Source: an uncultured bacterium
GTDB taxonomy: Bacteria; Acidobacteriota; Thermoanaerobaculia; Multivoradales; JAHZIX01
Direction of reading: 5' to 3'
NCBI GenBank assembly: GCA_965368975.1
Contig: CBDUPA010000022.1
Span: 32,001 to 96,000 of the forward strand
Length of the DNA: 64,000 nucleotides
Shown one piece after another: positions 63,162 to 64,000 of the stretch. Positions within the stretch are counted from its first letter, which is position 1; each line of letters opens with the position of its first letter. The position numbers were made by a program, and so were the translations under genes. The notes below the pieces were generated by a model. That model saw only the letters and a program-made list of their open reading frames with translations. It did no database searches and was not told the DNA's origin.

Positions 63162-64000
63162 TCAGACGTCGGTCGACGAGTCGTCGACGCGCGCCGGTGC
63201 CAGGCGGTCTCCCAGGTCTTCGATGCGCCGCGGCGTCGCGAGGATCGCGCGGTAGAGGTCGAGGACCAGGTAGACGGTGAGGAAGGTCAGGTAGGCGAAG
63301 AGGGGCATCAGGCCGATGTTGAGCAGATCGCCACCGGGCATCGGGAGGACACCGAAAGCCTGTCCCATGAAGGCGAAGTACTCACCATCGAATACCTGCA
63401 GCATCAGCTTGACGGCCGTGAACAGCGCGATCGCGGATCCGACGCCGAAGCCGACAGGTACCAGGCGTAGACCCAACTTGGCCAGGAAGGCGATGATGCC
63501 GAGCGCTTCGTCACCGGCGCTGGTGTCACCGCTGACCTCGACGTTGACGGTGCGTGGTTGCAGCGCGCAGCCGCAGACGAAGAGCAAGAACAGGAAGAGG
63601 CCGAAGGCGGTACCGATCATCGCGAAGTCGATGCTGTCGGTGACCTCTCGTTGCTTGAAGCCAGCGTAGCTCAGGACCACGAGGGCCGCGATGCCGCCAC
63701 TGACCGAGAGCAGGGCGAAGACGTCCAGGAAGCTGCGGGAACTGAGCCTGCTCGGCGACCCGCTGATGAGGCTGGCACCGCTGTGCAGGAAGCGGGCGGC
63801 AGCGAAATGCAGAACGAAGCCCAGCGGCAAGGTGAGGAAGATGGCCATCACCACGGCTTCGAAGGTCTCGACCTTGATGGCGAAGATGATCTGGGTCAGC
63901 ACCAGGACGATCACCGCCAGGGCGAAGGCGATGTGCCCGAGGTTGCTCAGCAGGCTGTTGACGCCGTGTAGCAGATTCTCCGACAACATCCCGCGCAGGC
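63162..64000 (-). CDS. Multi-pass membrane protein (C-terminal part; start probably beyond the window)
   Basis: About six hydrophobic helices; the frame stays open to the window edge. Confidence 0.6.
   Translation of the reverse strand, partial: LRGMLSENLLHGVNSLLSNLGHIAFALAVIVLVLTQIIFAIKVETFEAVVMAIFLTLPLGFVLHFAAARFLHSGASLISGSPSRLSSRSFLDVFALLSVSGGIAALVVLSYAGFKQREVTDSIDFAMIGTAFGLFLFLLFVCGCALQPRTVNVEVSGDTSAGDEALGIIAFLAKLGLRLVPVGFGVGSAIALFTAVKLMLQVFDGEYFAFMGQAFGVLPMPGGDLLNIGLMPLFAYLTFLTVYLVLDLYRAILATPRRIEDLGDRLAPARVDDSSTDV

Overview
GC-rich bacterial chromosomal window, probably from an Acidobacterium (inferred from an ADOP-type permease and the gene mix). Most of it is housekeeping and regulatory DNA: a sigma54 two-component system, SNF2/SWIM, a YtrA-type ABC operon, ada-alkA/ogt, thiC, a globin-coupled kinase module, moxR/DUF58/transglutaminase, modABC, recA and typA. 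There is also a small AT-richer defence islet (Phd/RelE, Mrr, DUF4145). The main discovery is a ~12 kb co-oriented biosynthetic locus right after typA (49457-61566). It encodes the four enzyme types that build the ketomethylene (carbonylmethylene) pseudodipeptide of ketomemicins: a CitE/HpcH aldolase, a MaoC dehydratase, two PLP alpha-oxoamine synthases and an NADPH enone reductase. A free-standing NRPS condensation domain sits where an ATP-grasp ligase would be expected. These genes run into a 29-aa class III lanthipeptide precursor missing from the ORF track (MNTVLALQDLSDGRDDTQQLSSLISLNCC), a LanKC and a permease. Several regulatory motifs can also be read directly from the DNA: a sigma54 promoter with twin palindromic enhancers, twin YtrA-type operators, and a candidate SOS box upstream of recA. 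All family calls come from motif recognition; no database searches were run.
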